A stretch of 64,000 nucleotides of DNA, from the IMG/VR virus record IMGVR_UViG_3300023198_001125. One strand, given 5' to 3'. The position numbers were made by a program, and so were the translations under genes. The stretch's first letter is position 1, and each line of letters begins with the position of its first letter. The stretch is from a virus. Positions 1 through 9,203 of the stretch are shown here, in pieces. The notes under the pieces were generated by a model. That model was not told the DNA's origin, did no database searches, and saw nothing but the letters and a program-made list of their open reading frames with translations.

Positions 1-207
1 AGCCTATTCAGATTGGTGATAAACCTGATGAACGCCTTTGGATTGATGTCCTAAGTGAGGAATGGGGAAGGGAACATTCAGATGGGTCACACCCCGGCGA
101 TCCTGAAGGTTACTATGATCCATTGGTCAAACAATACCAGCTCATAGAAACCAATACGTTTTATCAAATGAAGAAACGGATTACAGACTTAGAGAAGGAG
201 TTATGCG

Positions 208-459
208 GTGAATGATATTAAAGTTGGTGATCCAGTAGAGGTTATTGATCCAGGATTGATAATGATGCAGAAGTTTGCACCGCCAGGAGCTAAACCAAAC
301 AATCATGGCTATGTAAAAGAATTGGACTATGGCGAGGATAACGATGTTCTGGTAGAGTTTCCAATTGGTGATGATCCAATGGATGAGCATAGTCAAGTTG
401 CACCATATCCAATGTCTATGATGCGCAAGCGAAAGGAGTTAGCCGATGAGGAAAAGTGA
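208..459 (+). CDS. hypothetical phage protein
   Basis: 83-aa ORF with GGAG RBS; first of a tightly overlapping run of small genes. Confidence 0.7.
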   Translation: MNDIKVGDPVEVIDPGLIMMQKFAPPGAKPNNHGYVKELDYGEDNDVLVEFPIGDDPMDEHSQVAPYPMSMMRKRKELADEEK

Positions 460-709
460 TTTAGATTGGGCTCGAGTTTATGGTGGTCGTGTAATTCATG
501 CCTTTACTGGAGAACGAAGAGAGATTGAAAACTCCCCAAGGAATATTCCTAAAACCATTCGTCAGAGAAAGACGCTCTGTGGGAAATGGTTTGGATATGC
601 TTGTGACCCTTGGGATTACGCAGACATCAATCAGTTTCGATATTCAAAATGCAAGGCGTGTGAAGCTAAATCGGAGAAGATGGAAGCAAAGGAGTTAGCC
701 GGTGATTGA
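446..709 (+). CDS. hypothetical protein (Cys/His, possible Zn-binding)
   Basis: 87 aa, TLCG...CKAC; overlaps neighbours. Confidence 0.7.
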   Translation: MRKSDLDWARVYGGRVIHAFTGERREIENSPRNIPKTIRQRKTLCGKWFGYACDPWDYADINQFRYSKCKACEAKSEKMEAKELAGD

Positions 710-1073
710 CGAACAAGTAACCTTTGACGGTATCCCTATCCCGCTTGGAACTGAAACGATATTGGATGCGATGATTACTGCACAGAATAGATACGTGGCA
801 CGTAGATATTCACTCCAGATAGAGGATGAGAAATGTTTGCGCCAATACCACGCCTTCCGCGCCCGTATCCTGCGGATGTTCGAGGTTGGCAAGGCAATAA
901 ACGCTGACTTGGTTATGGAGATTGAGATGCGGGATGCCAGGATTGCGGAGCTGGAAGCCGATAGTGAAACATTGAACAACTATTGCTCAAAAGTTGATAG
1001 GGAGAAGGTCACCAGGATTGTGGAGTTGGAAGCAGCGCTGGCATGGGCTAATTCAAATCTAAAAGGAGAGTAA
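702..1073 (+). CDS. hypothetical protein with C-terminal coiled coil
   Basis: 123 aa, RIAELEA/RIVELEA heptads. Confidence 0.7.
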   Translation: MIDEQVTFDGIPIPLGTETILDAMITAQNRYVARRYSLQIEDEKCLRQYHAFRARILRMFEVGKAINADLVMEIEMRDARIAELEADSETLNNYCSKVDREKVTRIVELEAALAWANSNLKGE

Positions 1074-1075
1074 AC

Positions 1076-1258
1076 ATGAACTGGGATGTATTTGTAGGGA
1101 TTTGTGCGGGCATCATATTGGTGGTATCTGCCATGAATGTAGTTGGTGGTCTTTTTCTGGTGTCAGAGGGTGCGAAATCACCAGGTGTGTATATTGCACA
1201 GGTGATAGTGGCCGCTTGTTCTGTTATCGTCGCTGGCTCTATATTTGGATGGTGGTAG
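1076..1258 (+). CDS. small two-TM membrane protein
   Basis: 60 aa, two hydrophobic segments, AAGGAG RBS. Confidence 0.65.
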   Translation: MNWDVFVGICAGIILVVSAMNVVGGLFLVSEGAKSPGVYIAQVIVAACSVIVAGSIFGWW

Positions 1259-1561
1259 ATGGCTGGCGATTACAACTATCAATTAGCGTCAACGTCAGCG
1301 ATGGTTGCTTTTCCCACTAATCAGGTAATGACCACCGGTTTTCATGTATCAGATGGCCGCCTCCTGGAGGTGATAAAGGACGCCAAAGAGTATGTAGACG
1401 AGGCAGTTGAGGAGTTCTATTTCCATAGGTGTCTTTGCAGCTATTGCTTGATGACGTACGAGGCCAACCTGGAGGTTACATATGAGTGCCCGTGCTGCGG
1501 CGCCAGGGACTACAAGATTATCGAGGAAGTCAAACGTAGTATTGTCAAGGAGGATCAATGA
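1259..1561 (+). CDS. hypothetical Zn-ribbon protein
   Basis: CSYC...CPCC motifs. Confidence 0.65.
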   Translation: MAGDYNYQLASTSAMVAFPTNQVMTTGFHVSDGRLLEVIKDAKEYVDEAVEEFYFHRCLCSYCLMTYEANLEVTYECPCCGARDYKIIEEVKRSIVKEDQ

Positions 1562-1758
1562 AAATGATAAAGTGTGACCGGTGTGGAAAGAATGAAGAGA
1601 ACCCTGGCTCTGTGTTTAGTGCTGGTATTGCGCCTGTCTGGCTTGGGAGCATTACTCAGTACCGGCTTGGAGAGCAGGCTCTAATTCACCCGATAGACCT
1701 GTGCATAAAGTGCCAGGGCAAATTTGACAATCTGACGAGAGAATTCATGGAGGAATAG
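1558..1758 (+). CDS. hypothetical Zn-finger protein
   Basis: CDRC...DLCIKC, ATGA overlap, GGAGG RBS. Confidence 0.7.
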   Translation: MKMIKCDRCGKNEENPGSVFSAGIAPVWLGSITQYRLGEQALIHPIDLCIKCQGKFDNLTREFMEE

Positions 1759-1977
1759 ATGGAGCTGTTTTACAAGATACTGATGGATATCATGAGGTAT
1801 GTCAACAAAACGTATCCTGATAAAGATACCAGGATGGTAATACGCCCAGATCACAGCGGCCACTTCTCGTATATGTCCGAAATAGGCGGGGAAGAAACGG
1901 AGTATAGGCTATTTCAATGGGGGCCTGGGTATGAAAACATATTCAAAAACTTTGTAGAGTTCATTGTGGAGGTGTAA
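1759..1977 (+). CDS. hypothetical protein
   Basis: 72 aa, abuts previous stop, GGAGG RBS. Confidence 0.65.
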   Translation: MELFYKILMDIMRYVNKTYPDKDTRMVIRPDHSGHFSYMSEIGGEETEYRLFQWGPGYENIFKNFVEFIVEV

Positions 1978-2192
1978 TGTACATACACTACAAATTTTAC
2001 TTTGAGATTTTGTCAGAAGGCGAAATTGATAATTGGCCGCTCGAGGCTGTCTTGAGAGAGGCGAACACTGGCGAACTAGTGGCCGGTAAGTTTGGTAGCT
2101 CGAATGAGTATATAAGTGAAGAAAGGATGGCCGAAAAGCTGGTTGAGTTTGGCTCAGAGCCAGGTTTCTTCAGTATAGGAGAAGAAGAATGA
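1977..2192 (+). CDS. hypothetical protein
   Basis: 71 aa, TAATG coupling, GGAGG RBS. Confidence 0.65.
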   Translation: MYIHYKFYFEILSEGEIDNWPLEAVLREANTGELVAGKFGSSNEYISEERMAEKLVEFGSEPGFFSIGEEE

Positions 2193-2563
2193 GTGGAGCA
2201 TGGAGTGTAGTTGAGAAGGCAAGCGCTGGTGGATCAGCGTACAAGAGCTTTTGGAACGAGATGGTAGTGTTTATGCCAAGTGGCAAGACCACAGGGTTTG
2301 TACTAACCCCCACGGTCAAGGAGAAGCTTGGGAACCCAACGCATGTAATGGTTTTGCACCAGGGTACTAAGATCGGGCTCATGGCGGCTGATGAGACCAA
2401 TTCAAATGGCTATGCACTTACCGGGACAGAGAAGATGGGCAGGGTGAATTGCGCCACCTTCATCAAGGAGCACTGCCCTACCTTTCCATACAGGGTGAAG
2501 TTTGAAGCCAATATGGATGGGGATGTGGTCGTGTTTGATACCACGCAGGGGGAACAAGCATGA
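2189..2563 (+). CDS. hypothetical protein
   Basis: 124 aa, ATGA overlaps at both ends. Confidence 0.7.
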   Translation: MSGAWSVVEKASAGGSAYKSFWNEMVVFMPSGKTTGFVLTPTVKEKLGNPTHVMVLHQGTKIGLMAADETNSNGYALTGTEKMGRVNCATFIKEHCPTFPYRVKFEANMDGDVVVFDTTQGEQA

Positions 2564-2778
2564 GTGACGTAGTTGATATCAAGATCAATTGGGAATTTAT
2601 CCTGCTTGGAGAGGGCCAGGCAGGATATGTGTTTACACAAGCGTTTAACGATTTTCCAATGACGATGCAAATTGACAGCACCACATGGGACGAAATGAGC
2701 TCCGAAGATAGGGAGGAGTGTATTGTCAACGACCTGTGGGAGAGATGCAGAACCAATATAGTCAAAATGAAGGAGTGA
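2560..2778 (+). CDS. hypothetical protein
   Basis: 72 aa, ATGA overlap. Confidence 0.65.
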   Translation: MSDVVDIKINWEFILLGEGQAGYVFTQAFNDFPMTMQIDSTTWDEMSSEDREECIVNDLWERCRTNIVKMKE

Positions 2779-2780
2779 GT

Positions 2781-2948
2781 ATGGATAACTCACCTAATTT
2801 TCAGGTTTTGGTAATCACCATGCTGAGATTGATAATCCGCATGATGTACATAAAGCAGTTCACTGATGTGAGCATGCATGTAATTCAGGATACTATATTC
2901 GAGGCAAATCATTTCCTGGAGGAAAACAGATGGAGAGGATCAGAGTAA
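2781..2948 (+). CDS. hypothetical protein
   Basis: AAGGAG RBS before ATG 2781 (shorter than track ORF). Confidence 0.55.
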   Translation: MDNSPNFQVLVITMLRLIIRMMYIKQFTDVSMHVIQDTIFEANHFLEENRWRGSE

Positions 2949-3418
2949 AAAAGAAACCGATTGTTGTGGAGGCTATCCAGTTCACTGGTAACAACACTGA
3001 GGAGGTTATTGTGTTTGCGGGCCCCGAACATAGTATAGGGCCCGCAAAATCTGGCGAGCTGGTAATGATAACCCTTGAGGGGACTATGCTTGCCTCAGAC
3101 GGGGATTGGATAATCAAGGGGGCAGTGGGGGAGATTTATCCTGTCAAAGATGATATCTTCCTGCTGACATATGAGACTGTTGATGAACAGCCGGTTTTCG
3201 ACATCGAAAACTATATGAAGTCACCGTCCCAGTGTGGCTTCTGTGGCTCTGGTGATATTGATGCCGGTTTCTTTGATGCAGATAGTGGTACTGGAGTAAC
3301 CAAGGTCAAATGTGATAATTGTGGAGCTGAATGGCAAGATTACTATGAATTGAAAGGAGTTTCAGATGTATATGCGCCTGATGGTACTTACATCGGTAAT
3401 GTCGAGGCAAAGCCATGA
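2930..3418 (+). CDS. common phage protein (KKPIVVEAIQ...GDWIIKG...YPVK family) with C-terminal Zn ribbon
   Basis: N-terminal motif typical of a widespread phage family; CGFC...CDNC at the C-terminus. Confidence 0.75.
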   Translation: MERIRVKKKPIVVEAIQFTGNNTEEVIVFAGPEHSIGPAKSGELVMITLEGTMLASDGDWIIKGAVGEIYPVKDDIFLLTYETVDEQPVFDIENYMKSPSQCGFCGSGDIDAGFFDADSGTGVTKVKCDNCGAEWQDYYELKGVSDVYAPDGTYIGNVEAKP

Positions 3419-3594
3419 TCAAAGATATTGTGCTTTACGCGTGGATAGTGGCCTTTGCGATCTTCATGTTTTTCATGGTGATGGATATCAGGGACTTACT
3501 CAAGAAGGATGTCATCTTTAGTCCCTGGCATCCTCGTGCGGCTATAGCATCAGTTGTTGTGTGTGTATTGGCCGTTGTTTATGTAATTCTATAG
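3415..3594 (+). CDS. small membrane protein
   Basis: 59-aa ORF translated by hand, ATGA overlap, two hydrophobic segments. Confidence 0.55.
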   Translation: MIKDIVLYAWIVAFAIFMFFMVMDIRDLLKKDVIFSPWHPRAAIASVVVCVLAVVYVIL

Positions 3595-3602
3595 GAGGTG
3601 CT

Positions 3603-3752
3603 ATGTTTACTTTACTGGTTATCTTTTTGACCTGGTTGGTGATAAGGAGGGCTAGGTTGAGCGGTGACATTAGCTGTGTCCTTATTACAGCCATGTTTAT
3701 GGACTTCGCTATCATCATGGTGATTGTCGGCATCTGGGCAGGCTGGTGGTGA
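3603..3752 (+). CDS. small membrane protein
   Basis: AGGAGG RBS, 49 aa, hydrophobic. Confidence 0.55.
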   Translation: MFTLLVIFLTWLVIRRARLSGDISCVLITAMFMDFAIIMVIVGIWAGWW

Positions 3753-4008
3753 GAACTATATTGTTTTGGCTGGTGTGGAATGTCCCGCTGGGCAGGCTGG
3801 CTCCCTGGGTGCTGGGGATAGCTTTAGGAACGCCACCTATGCGCAAGAGCAAGTTGCCTTCGGATGGTCAAGGGGACTAAACAACTACATAACAAAAACA
3901 AAAACTGAACCCCCCACCCCCTCCCCCCTCGCCTGATTAGTACAGTCAGAGCCAAGACAACTTGCCTGACATGCCCCTGGGGGGCGGGGCCCCGCGGCGA
4001 CTACCGTC

Positions 4009-5009
4009 GCCGACCATGCGGTAGTGTTTAGTCTCTTCCATGGTCGATGGCATCAAATGAGCCACCCAACGGAGTAGAACTAAAAGCCAACCGAACCCCG
4101 CCCCGTTTGCCAGCCTACGTGGATAGAACAAGAGCCCACGGGGGCTGGGTCAAACGGATGCGTGCTCCCGCCCAAGAACGCTCTGGGCGGGTGATTGCGT
4201 AAGTGCAAGAACGATAGTGCCCGCTACGTGCTGGAACGATAGTACCGTTTAAGAGCATCTGGGCTCGGTCGGCTTCGCCTCCCTCGCCAATGAAAGAACG
4301 TCACACTACCGGCCAGGCCATGGAGGCCACCCACCTTGCTTGGGCCCACCTGCGTGGCAAGAACAGCCACGGGGGTGGGCTCCAGCGGTGGTTGGCTTTC
4401 ATTGAATACGGCCACACCCTACCACCTGCGTGGCACCATGAGCAAAGAACGCTCATGCTTGTGCCACGGGGGTGGTGTAGTGGCCTGCAAGCGGAATACC
4501 ACCCACTCCGTCGTCGACCACTCTCACAACGGGAGTACAACACACCCTGTGCTTGGTGTCGCCTACGTGGTGCAGCCTAAGAACAGGCTGTACACACCAC
4601 GGGGGCTCGCCAGCCAGGGTACCCAATGACGATAGAACGTTGTCATTGGTGTGTTGGTAGCATTGTATCGGTGGTCAACGACATGGGTGGGTGCCTTACT
4701 ATAAGAGGGAGCCAGTGCACTCATATGGTGCATAGAACAAGAGCGCACCACACTCATTGGCACTGGACATGTGGGCCGTGATGCACAGTACGCTCACGCA
4801 TGCCCACATGTGGCTAATGACCACCATGTACGTACACGTATATATATCTAATGATGTGTATGGTACGGCGGCACCAAGAGCAGGTGCCGACCATGCGGTA
4901 GTAGGTGGCCATACATCTAAAAGAACAGTTGTGCTAGGGATTATGTAGTAGTGGTTTTCCTCGAGCCCATTATGGCAATGCCCCCCAAGAACATCAAGAA
5001 CGGGGGGCA
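4009..5009. repeat. non-coding array of nine stem-loops with AAGAAC/TAGAAC/AAGAGC loops; 17-bp direct repeat at 4009-4025 and 4886-4902
   Basis: Hairpins at 4111-4147, 4167-4191, 4344-4380, 4421-4476, 4561-4606, 4623-4649, 4712-4766, 4869-4889, 4979-5009; repeat is GCCGACCATGCGGTAGT. Confidence 0.85.
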
Positions 5010-5133
5010 ATACATGCCAAACGGGCTTGATGTCAAACCACAAGAACCGAACCTAGGTACTATTCAGTAGTGAATTTACGAAGTTGGCTTTTGTTTATTA
5101 ATTGCTAACTATCTTAATTCTCTGGAGGCTCCA

Positions 5134-5376
5134 ATGTCTAAGTTTGGTTTTTGTTTATCCGTCTTCGCTGGTGTGGTCTTATATAACTACACCGTTGAGA
5201 ATTTAGGCCAACCCCATGAGACGGGTGTCGCTGTTGGGTTGGTAATGGCCGTTCTCTCGCTGGCTATAGTCTATGCGTGGGGTGCATCATCCGCATCAAG
5301 CTTGACACAGGATGATCGCCACAGGTATAAGAGCCACGCCCATAAGCGAAGTTCGAGCCACAATCGGTGGAAATAG
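5134..5376 (+). CDS. small membrane protein (2 TM, basic tail)
   Basis: GGAGG RBS, 80 aa. Confidence 0.65.
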   Translation: MSKFGFCLSVFAGVVLYNYTVENLGQPHETGVAVGLVMAVLSLAIVYAWGASSASSLTQDDRHRYKSHAHKRSSSHNRWK

Positions 5377-5561
5377 CCCGTATTTACGCTAATTTCGGCG
5401 TTTTAAGGCGTTTTGCGGAGTATATCCACGTCCTAACCCCCGTAAGCCTAATCAGCATCGTATTTGGCCGTTTTCGCACTAATAATTGGCCAGAAACGAT
5501 GAAATTAGAGGGGATGTTGCTAACGCGTTCTTGGTTAGTATATACCACTAAGGAGGTAGTA

Positions 5562-5891
5562 ATGATCACCGTAGTAAATAGGCATTCCTATACAGGCAAG
5601 GGTGTCTATATCGGCCGTGGCACTGCATTAGGGAACAAGTTCTCACATGCAGGCTACAAGGGCACAATCAAGGTGCCAAGCCGACAACAATCTGTTGAGC
5701 GGTATGCTCGCTGGCTAAAAAAGCAGTTGAATATGCCACAATCACCAGCATGCGTGATGTTCTTGAAACTGGCTCAGCAAGCATGGGCAGGCAAGGACGT
5801 CACGTTGATTTGCTCATGCGCTCCGAAAGCATGCCATGGAGACGTGATCAAGCAGGCCATCGAAAACTTACTTGAGGAGGTCAAGTCATGA
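5562..5891 (+). CDS. DUF4326 family protein
   Basis: VVN...GVYIGRGT.LGNKF and LICSCAPKACHGDVI signature; AAGGAGG RBS before ATG 5562. Confidence 0.85.
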   Translation: MITVVNRHSYTGKGVYIGRGTALGNKFSHAGYKGTIKVPSRQQSVERYARWLKKQLNMPQSPACVMFLKLAQQAWAGKDVTLICSCAPKACHGDVIKQAIENLLEEVKS

Positions 5892-6769
5892 AGGTTTTCG
5901 CAGGTACAGGTCACCGCCCACCCAAAATTGGCGGGTACGATAAATTCCCTATCGTAGTAAATTTCGCTGTGATGGTATTGACCAAGTTGCAACCTGATGA
6001 GGTAATTTCGGGTATGGCACTTGGTTGGGATCAGGCGCTTGCACAGGCCGCCATCCAGTTGTCCATTCCATTTACCGCCGCATTGCCGTTCATTGGGCAA
6101 GGGCTACGATGGCCAGCAAGTTCGCAGGCACAGTATGAACGTATATTGAGCCATGCGAAGGACACCATCGTATGCTCAAAGGGTGGTTACTCGCCTGAAT
6201 TGATGCAAATCAGGAATGAGTGGATGGTTGACCATAGTTCGCATGTATTGGCCCTTTGGAATGGGTCGAGCGGCGGCACATTCAACTGCATTAAGTACGC
6301 TAATTCAGTTGACAAGATGGTCATGAACGTCTGGAAACCATGGGAGGAATGGTTTTCAGACGACGGTGAGTTGGAGCCCGGTAATATATTTTCGGGCAAT
6401 CCGGCATTAGCGGCACTCACCAATCCCACTGAATTAGCCCGTAAGAAAGGCAATCTGGATGTGCAGTATCCAGTGAAGTTTCGTGGGAAAGTATATCCTG
6501 ACGCAGAACAGGCGTATCAGGTCACTAAGCGCATGTCGGCTCAAATGGACTTTTTGGGCTTGCAGAATTTGTGCATTGACGTGATTACAGCCAAGTTACG
6601 TCAGTATCCCCAGTTGGTTGAACTAATCCGTGCTAATGGCGGCGTTGAGTGGCTACGGCAGTGTTCACATTTTGTGGGCGCACGCACTCAAGGGTTCAAG
6701 CAGTGGGAAGGTAAAGGTATGAAGAGTGCCTTTATCCGTGCTCTCATTGTAGCGTATGAGAGTTGCTAG
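5888..6769 (+). CDS. YspA/DUF1273-type SLOG domain fused to a NADAR-like domain
   Basis: FAGTGHRP...SGMALGWDQ...RNEWMVD...LALWNG..GGT (SLOG); YPDAEQAYQ.TK...AKLRQYPQL (NADAR-like). Confidence 0.8.
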   Translation: MKVFAGTGHRPPKIGGYDKFPIVVNFAVMVLTKLQPDEVISGMALGWDQALAQAAIQLSIPFTAALPFIGQGLRWPASSQAQYERILSHAKDTIVCSKGGYSPELMQIRNEWMVDHSSHVLALWNGSSGGTFNCIKYANSVDKMVMNVWKPWEEWFSDDGELEPGNIFSGNPALAALTNPTELARKKGNLDVQYPVKFRGKVYPDAEQAYQVTKRMSAQMDFLGLQNLCIDVITAKLRQYPQLVELIRANGGVEWLRQCSHFVGARTQGFKQWEGKGMKSAFIRALIVAYESC

Positions 6770-6884
6770 ACTTTTGGGCGGCGGCATAATTGCTGTCGCC
6801 CTTTAGTCATTTAAGCCAACATCGTTTGGTTATCAGCACTGGACGTCCCAGTGATGGAATTTTGCTAAGAGGAGGTATCGCCTT

Positions 6885-7250
6885 ATGATAGTTGAGCAAG
6901 CAGTACGCTTGTTCGGTAAGACGTTGAACGTGGACGTCACCAAGTACCACATCGGTCAAAATGCACTCGTATTGTGCTCCGTTGATGGCTACCCCGGTGA
7001 TTACGGTCACGCCAGCGTAGCAATTCCTAGCGCACCACAGCACCTAATGGCAACATATCTACGCCATTCGGGCTTTGATGTAGCCGAGAACGTCGTCTAT
7101 ATCAAGGGTTGGGAATTCCCTGACCAGCCTATACTCGAGCAATTAGTCGAGGCAGGCATCGTTCAGGACACCGGCTTAGCAGTCCCATGTGGACGCTGTA
7201 TGGCCGATGTAGCACTTATTAACGTCGCCTATCTACCCCGTGTTTCCTAG
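6885..7250 (+). CDS. hypothetical protein
   Basis: 121 aa, GGAGGT RBS. Confidence 0.7.
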   Translation: MIVEQAVRLFGKTLNVDVTKYHIGQNALVLCSVDGYPGDYGHASVAIPSAPQHLMATYLRHSGFDVAENVVYIKGWEFPDQPILEQLVEAGIVQDTGLAVPCGRCMADVALINVAYLPRVS

Positions 7251-7331
7251 AGGTAGATGATTTGCGGCGCATTTATTGAGTAGCCTGAGTTTTCGGCGTC
7301 GGAAACTTGGGCTACTACTCAGGAGAGTTCG

Positions 7332-7799
7332 ATGTATTACCTTATTGATAGCATTGGTCAATTCATAGATGGTGACCATCTGACCAAGTTTGATGCCCTG
7401 CAAGCGGTTGAGACTTTGTTCTCGCCGCTGACTAGGCACTTGGTCGGCATTGTCAGTGTCGACGGATTGGTTTTCGAAGTGTGGTTGGGGAATGAGTATA
7501 TCCACACGTTCGAGAAGTTCAATCAGGCTGAGTACTGCAACCTGTCCAACTTTGGCGGGGATGCAGTAATCAAGCCAGTCTATAAGGTCGGCGGCGCTGA
7601 ATGGCAACCAACGTCGCCTGACTTCACCTACCCCAACGAGAACAAGTATGGTCACTCAGTTTGTGAGTGTGGCCATACCTCGTGTGGCGGTGGACGAGGA
7701 TGCGGTCACTGTGGGGAATGCAGTGGTGAGCATTGCGAGTGCCACATCCCAGAGTTTCCACACGGCGAGGACATTGTTCCTCGTGGTGTTGAGCTCTAG
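7332..7799 (+). CDS. hypothetical protein with Cys/His-rich C-terminus
   Basis: AGGAG RBS; CECGHTSC...CGHCGEC..HCECH. Confidence 0.7.
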   Translation: MYYLIDSIGQFIDGDHLTKFDALQAVETLFSPLTRHLVGIVSVDGLVFEVWLGNEYIHTFEKFNQAEYCNLSNFGGDAVIKPVYKVGGAEWQPTSPDFTYPNENKYGHSVCECGHTSCGGGRGCGHCGECSGEHCECHIPEFPHGEDIVPRGVEL

Positions 7800-7869
7800 T
7801 CAGATTGGGCGTAGTCTAAATGGCTACGCCCTTTCGGCGGTTAAATCCAATCTAATGACTTAGGAGGTC

Positions 7870-8073
7870 ATGATGCCCAGCAAGTTATTATATCTCCAGC
7901 AATTCGGTATTGACCCAGCAGTTGAATGCCCCGAGGGCGAACGCTGTTGGTGGTGCAATACCCCAACCACCCGGTTGGTATTGGTAGAGACGGAAACTTA
8001 TAAAGCACACCGTCTCGAATGCGGTAATTGCAAGCCTCCGAAAGAGTACACAGTAACGGAGGTCAGCAGTTAG
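7870..8073 (+). CDS. small Zn-finger protein
   Basis: CWWC...CGNC, AGGAGGT RBS. Confidence 0.7.
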   Translation: MMPSKLLYLQQFGIDPAVECPEGERCWWCNTPTTRLVLVETETYKAHRLECGNCKPPKEYTVTEVSS

Positions 8074-8162
8074 TAAATCAGGGCGTAGTCAGCAATGGCT
8101 ACGCCCTTTCAGTCGTTAATACTAAACCCGGCAACGGGAACTATCATGACCTAGGAGGTCAC

Positions 8163-8702
8163 ATGTCTCAGCAACGTTTATTCAGTTTGTATCGGCACGA
8201 CAACAACGAGTGCTTGATTGCTGATGTACCACAATCAGAGATCATCACCCGCCAAGCGTCCTATCACGCCCACGGTGGTAAATCAACGCTCGTCGTTGTA
8301 CCTGAAGGGCAGGAGTATCCCAAGCCTGCAACCGTAGCCGCAATCACCACCGAAGGCGAACCGCTGGAAGTGCAGGCAGTTCAGGGTGCATTGCCCGGCA
8401 TGGAGGAAGTCGCAATTGCACAGTCCGTAGCCATTGAGGCTTGCGAGTTCATCCTCCGTGAAGGCCCCAAGGTGGGCAAGAATTACTCATGGAGCGGCGT
8501 CATCAAGCGGGTCATGAACGGTAAAACCCCAACCGCTGATCCCGTTGACGAAAACGGTAAGCCAATCTTTGACAAGAATGGCCGCAAGAAGGTTGGCGAA
8601 CGCACCTACTTGTTCAACACCGTCAGCGAAATCGTTGCTGATGCCAAGCAGATGATTGCAAACCGTGAAGGCATTGCGATCATGAAAGAACTCTCCGAGT
8701 AA
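8163..8702 (+). CDS. hypothetical protein
   Basis: AGGAGGT RBS before ATG 8163. Confidence 0.75.
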   Translation: MSQQRLFSLYRHDNNECLIADVPQSEIITRQASYHAHGGKSTLVVVPEGQEYPKPATVAAITTEGEPLEVQAVQGALPGMEEVAIAQSVAIEACEFILREGPKVGKNYSWSGVIKRVMNGKTPTADPVDENGKPIFDKNGRKKVGERTYLFNTVSEIVADAKQMIANREGIAIMKELSE

Positions 8703-8774
8703 TCGAATTGGGCGTGGCCGTAATGGCTACGCCCTTTCTTGGGTTAATATCCAACTCATTGACTATAGGAGGTC

Positions 8775-9077
8775 ATGATGATTTATTACAACCCGAACGT
8801 AGAACTGTTCTGTGATGCGTGTGGCATCGAGATAGTGACTAGCAACTATTGCACCTATCCCAACTACGATGGTGTATTCCATCGTCAATGTGCCAACCCG
8901 GAGGCGGTCGATGGCCTACTAATTGGCTATAACAACGTTGTAGTAGGCGTTGATGAAACGGTGCTCGTGAAAGAGGCCGTTGAAACAGCCGATGCACGCC
9001 AGCACCCAAGTGATTGTGGTTGCAGTTGGTGTGTACCGTTAGCTTGGGGGAGCCTCACTCCAGCGGCGGAGTATTAA
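8775..9077 (+). CDS. hypothetical Zn-binding protein
   Basis: CDAC...HRQC, CGCSWC; AGGAGGT RBS. Confidence 0.7.
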   Translation: MMIYYNPNVELFCDACGIEIVTSNYCTYPNYDGVFHRQCANPEAVDGLLIGYNNVVVGVDETVLVKEAVETADARQHPSDCGCSWCVPLAWGSLTPAAEY

Positions 9078-9203
9078 GGCTTGCACCGCTCAGCGAAGAA
9101 CCAGCTGAGCGCCGTCAAGCCCGGCGGCCTGGCCATTCGGCTAGGTCGCCTTTTCTTGGGTTAAGCCATAATTCTGTGGCTAATTCTCTCACGGAGGTGC
9201 ACG

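Larger units (their letters stand above)
6776..9154 (+). repeat. five related intergenic GC hairpins (GGGCG..CGCCC-TTT..TTAA), each upstream of an RBS
   Basis: 6776-6804, 7807-7834, 8081-8109, 8710-8737, 9123-9154. Confidence 0.8.

Noticed and set aside
4009-5009. Hairpin array as a CRISPR array
   Set aside because: No constant repeat with unique equal-length spacers; the only Cas-like gene is a stand-alone Cas4-like nuclease in the recombination module.
3724-5043. Several 60-114 aa ORFs on both strands over the hairpin array
   Set aside because: No convincing RBS, low-complexity translations, mutually overlapping; the hairpin structure explains the sequence better.
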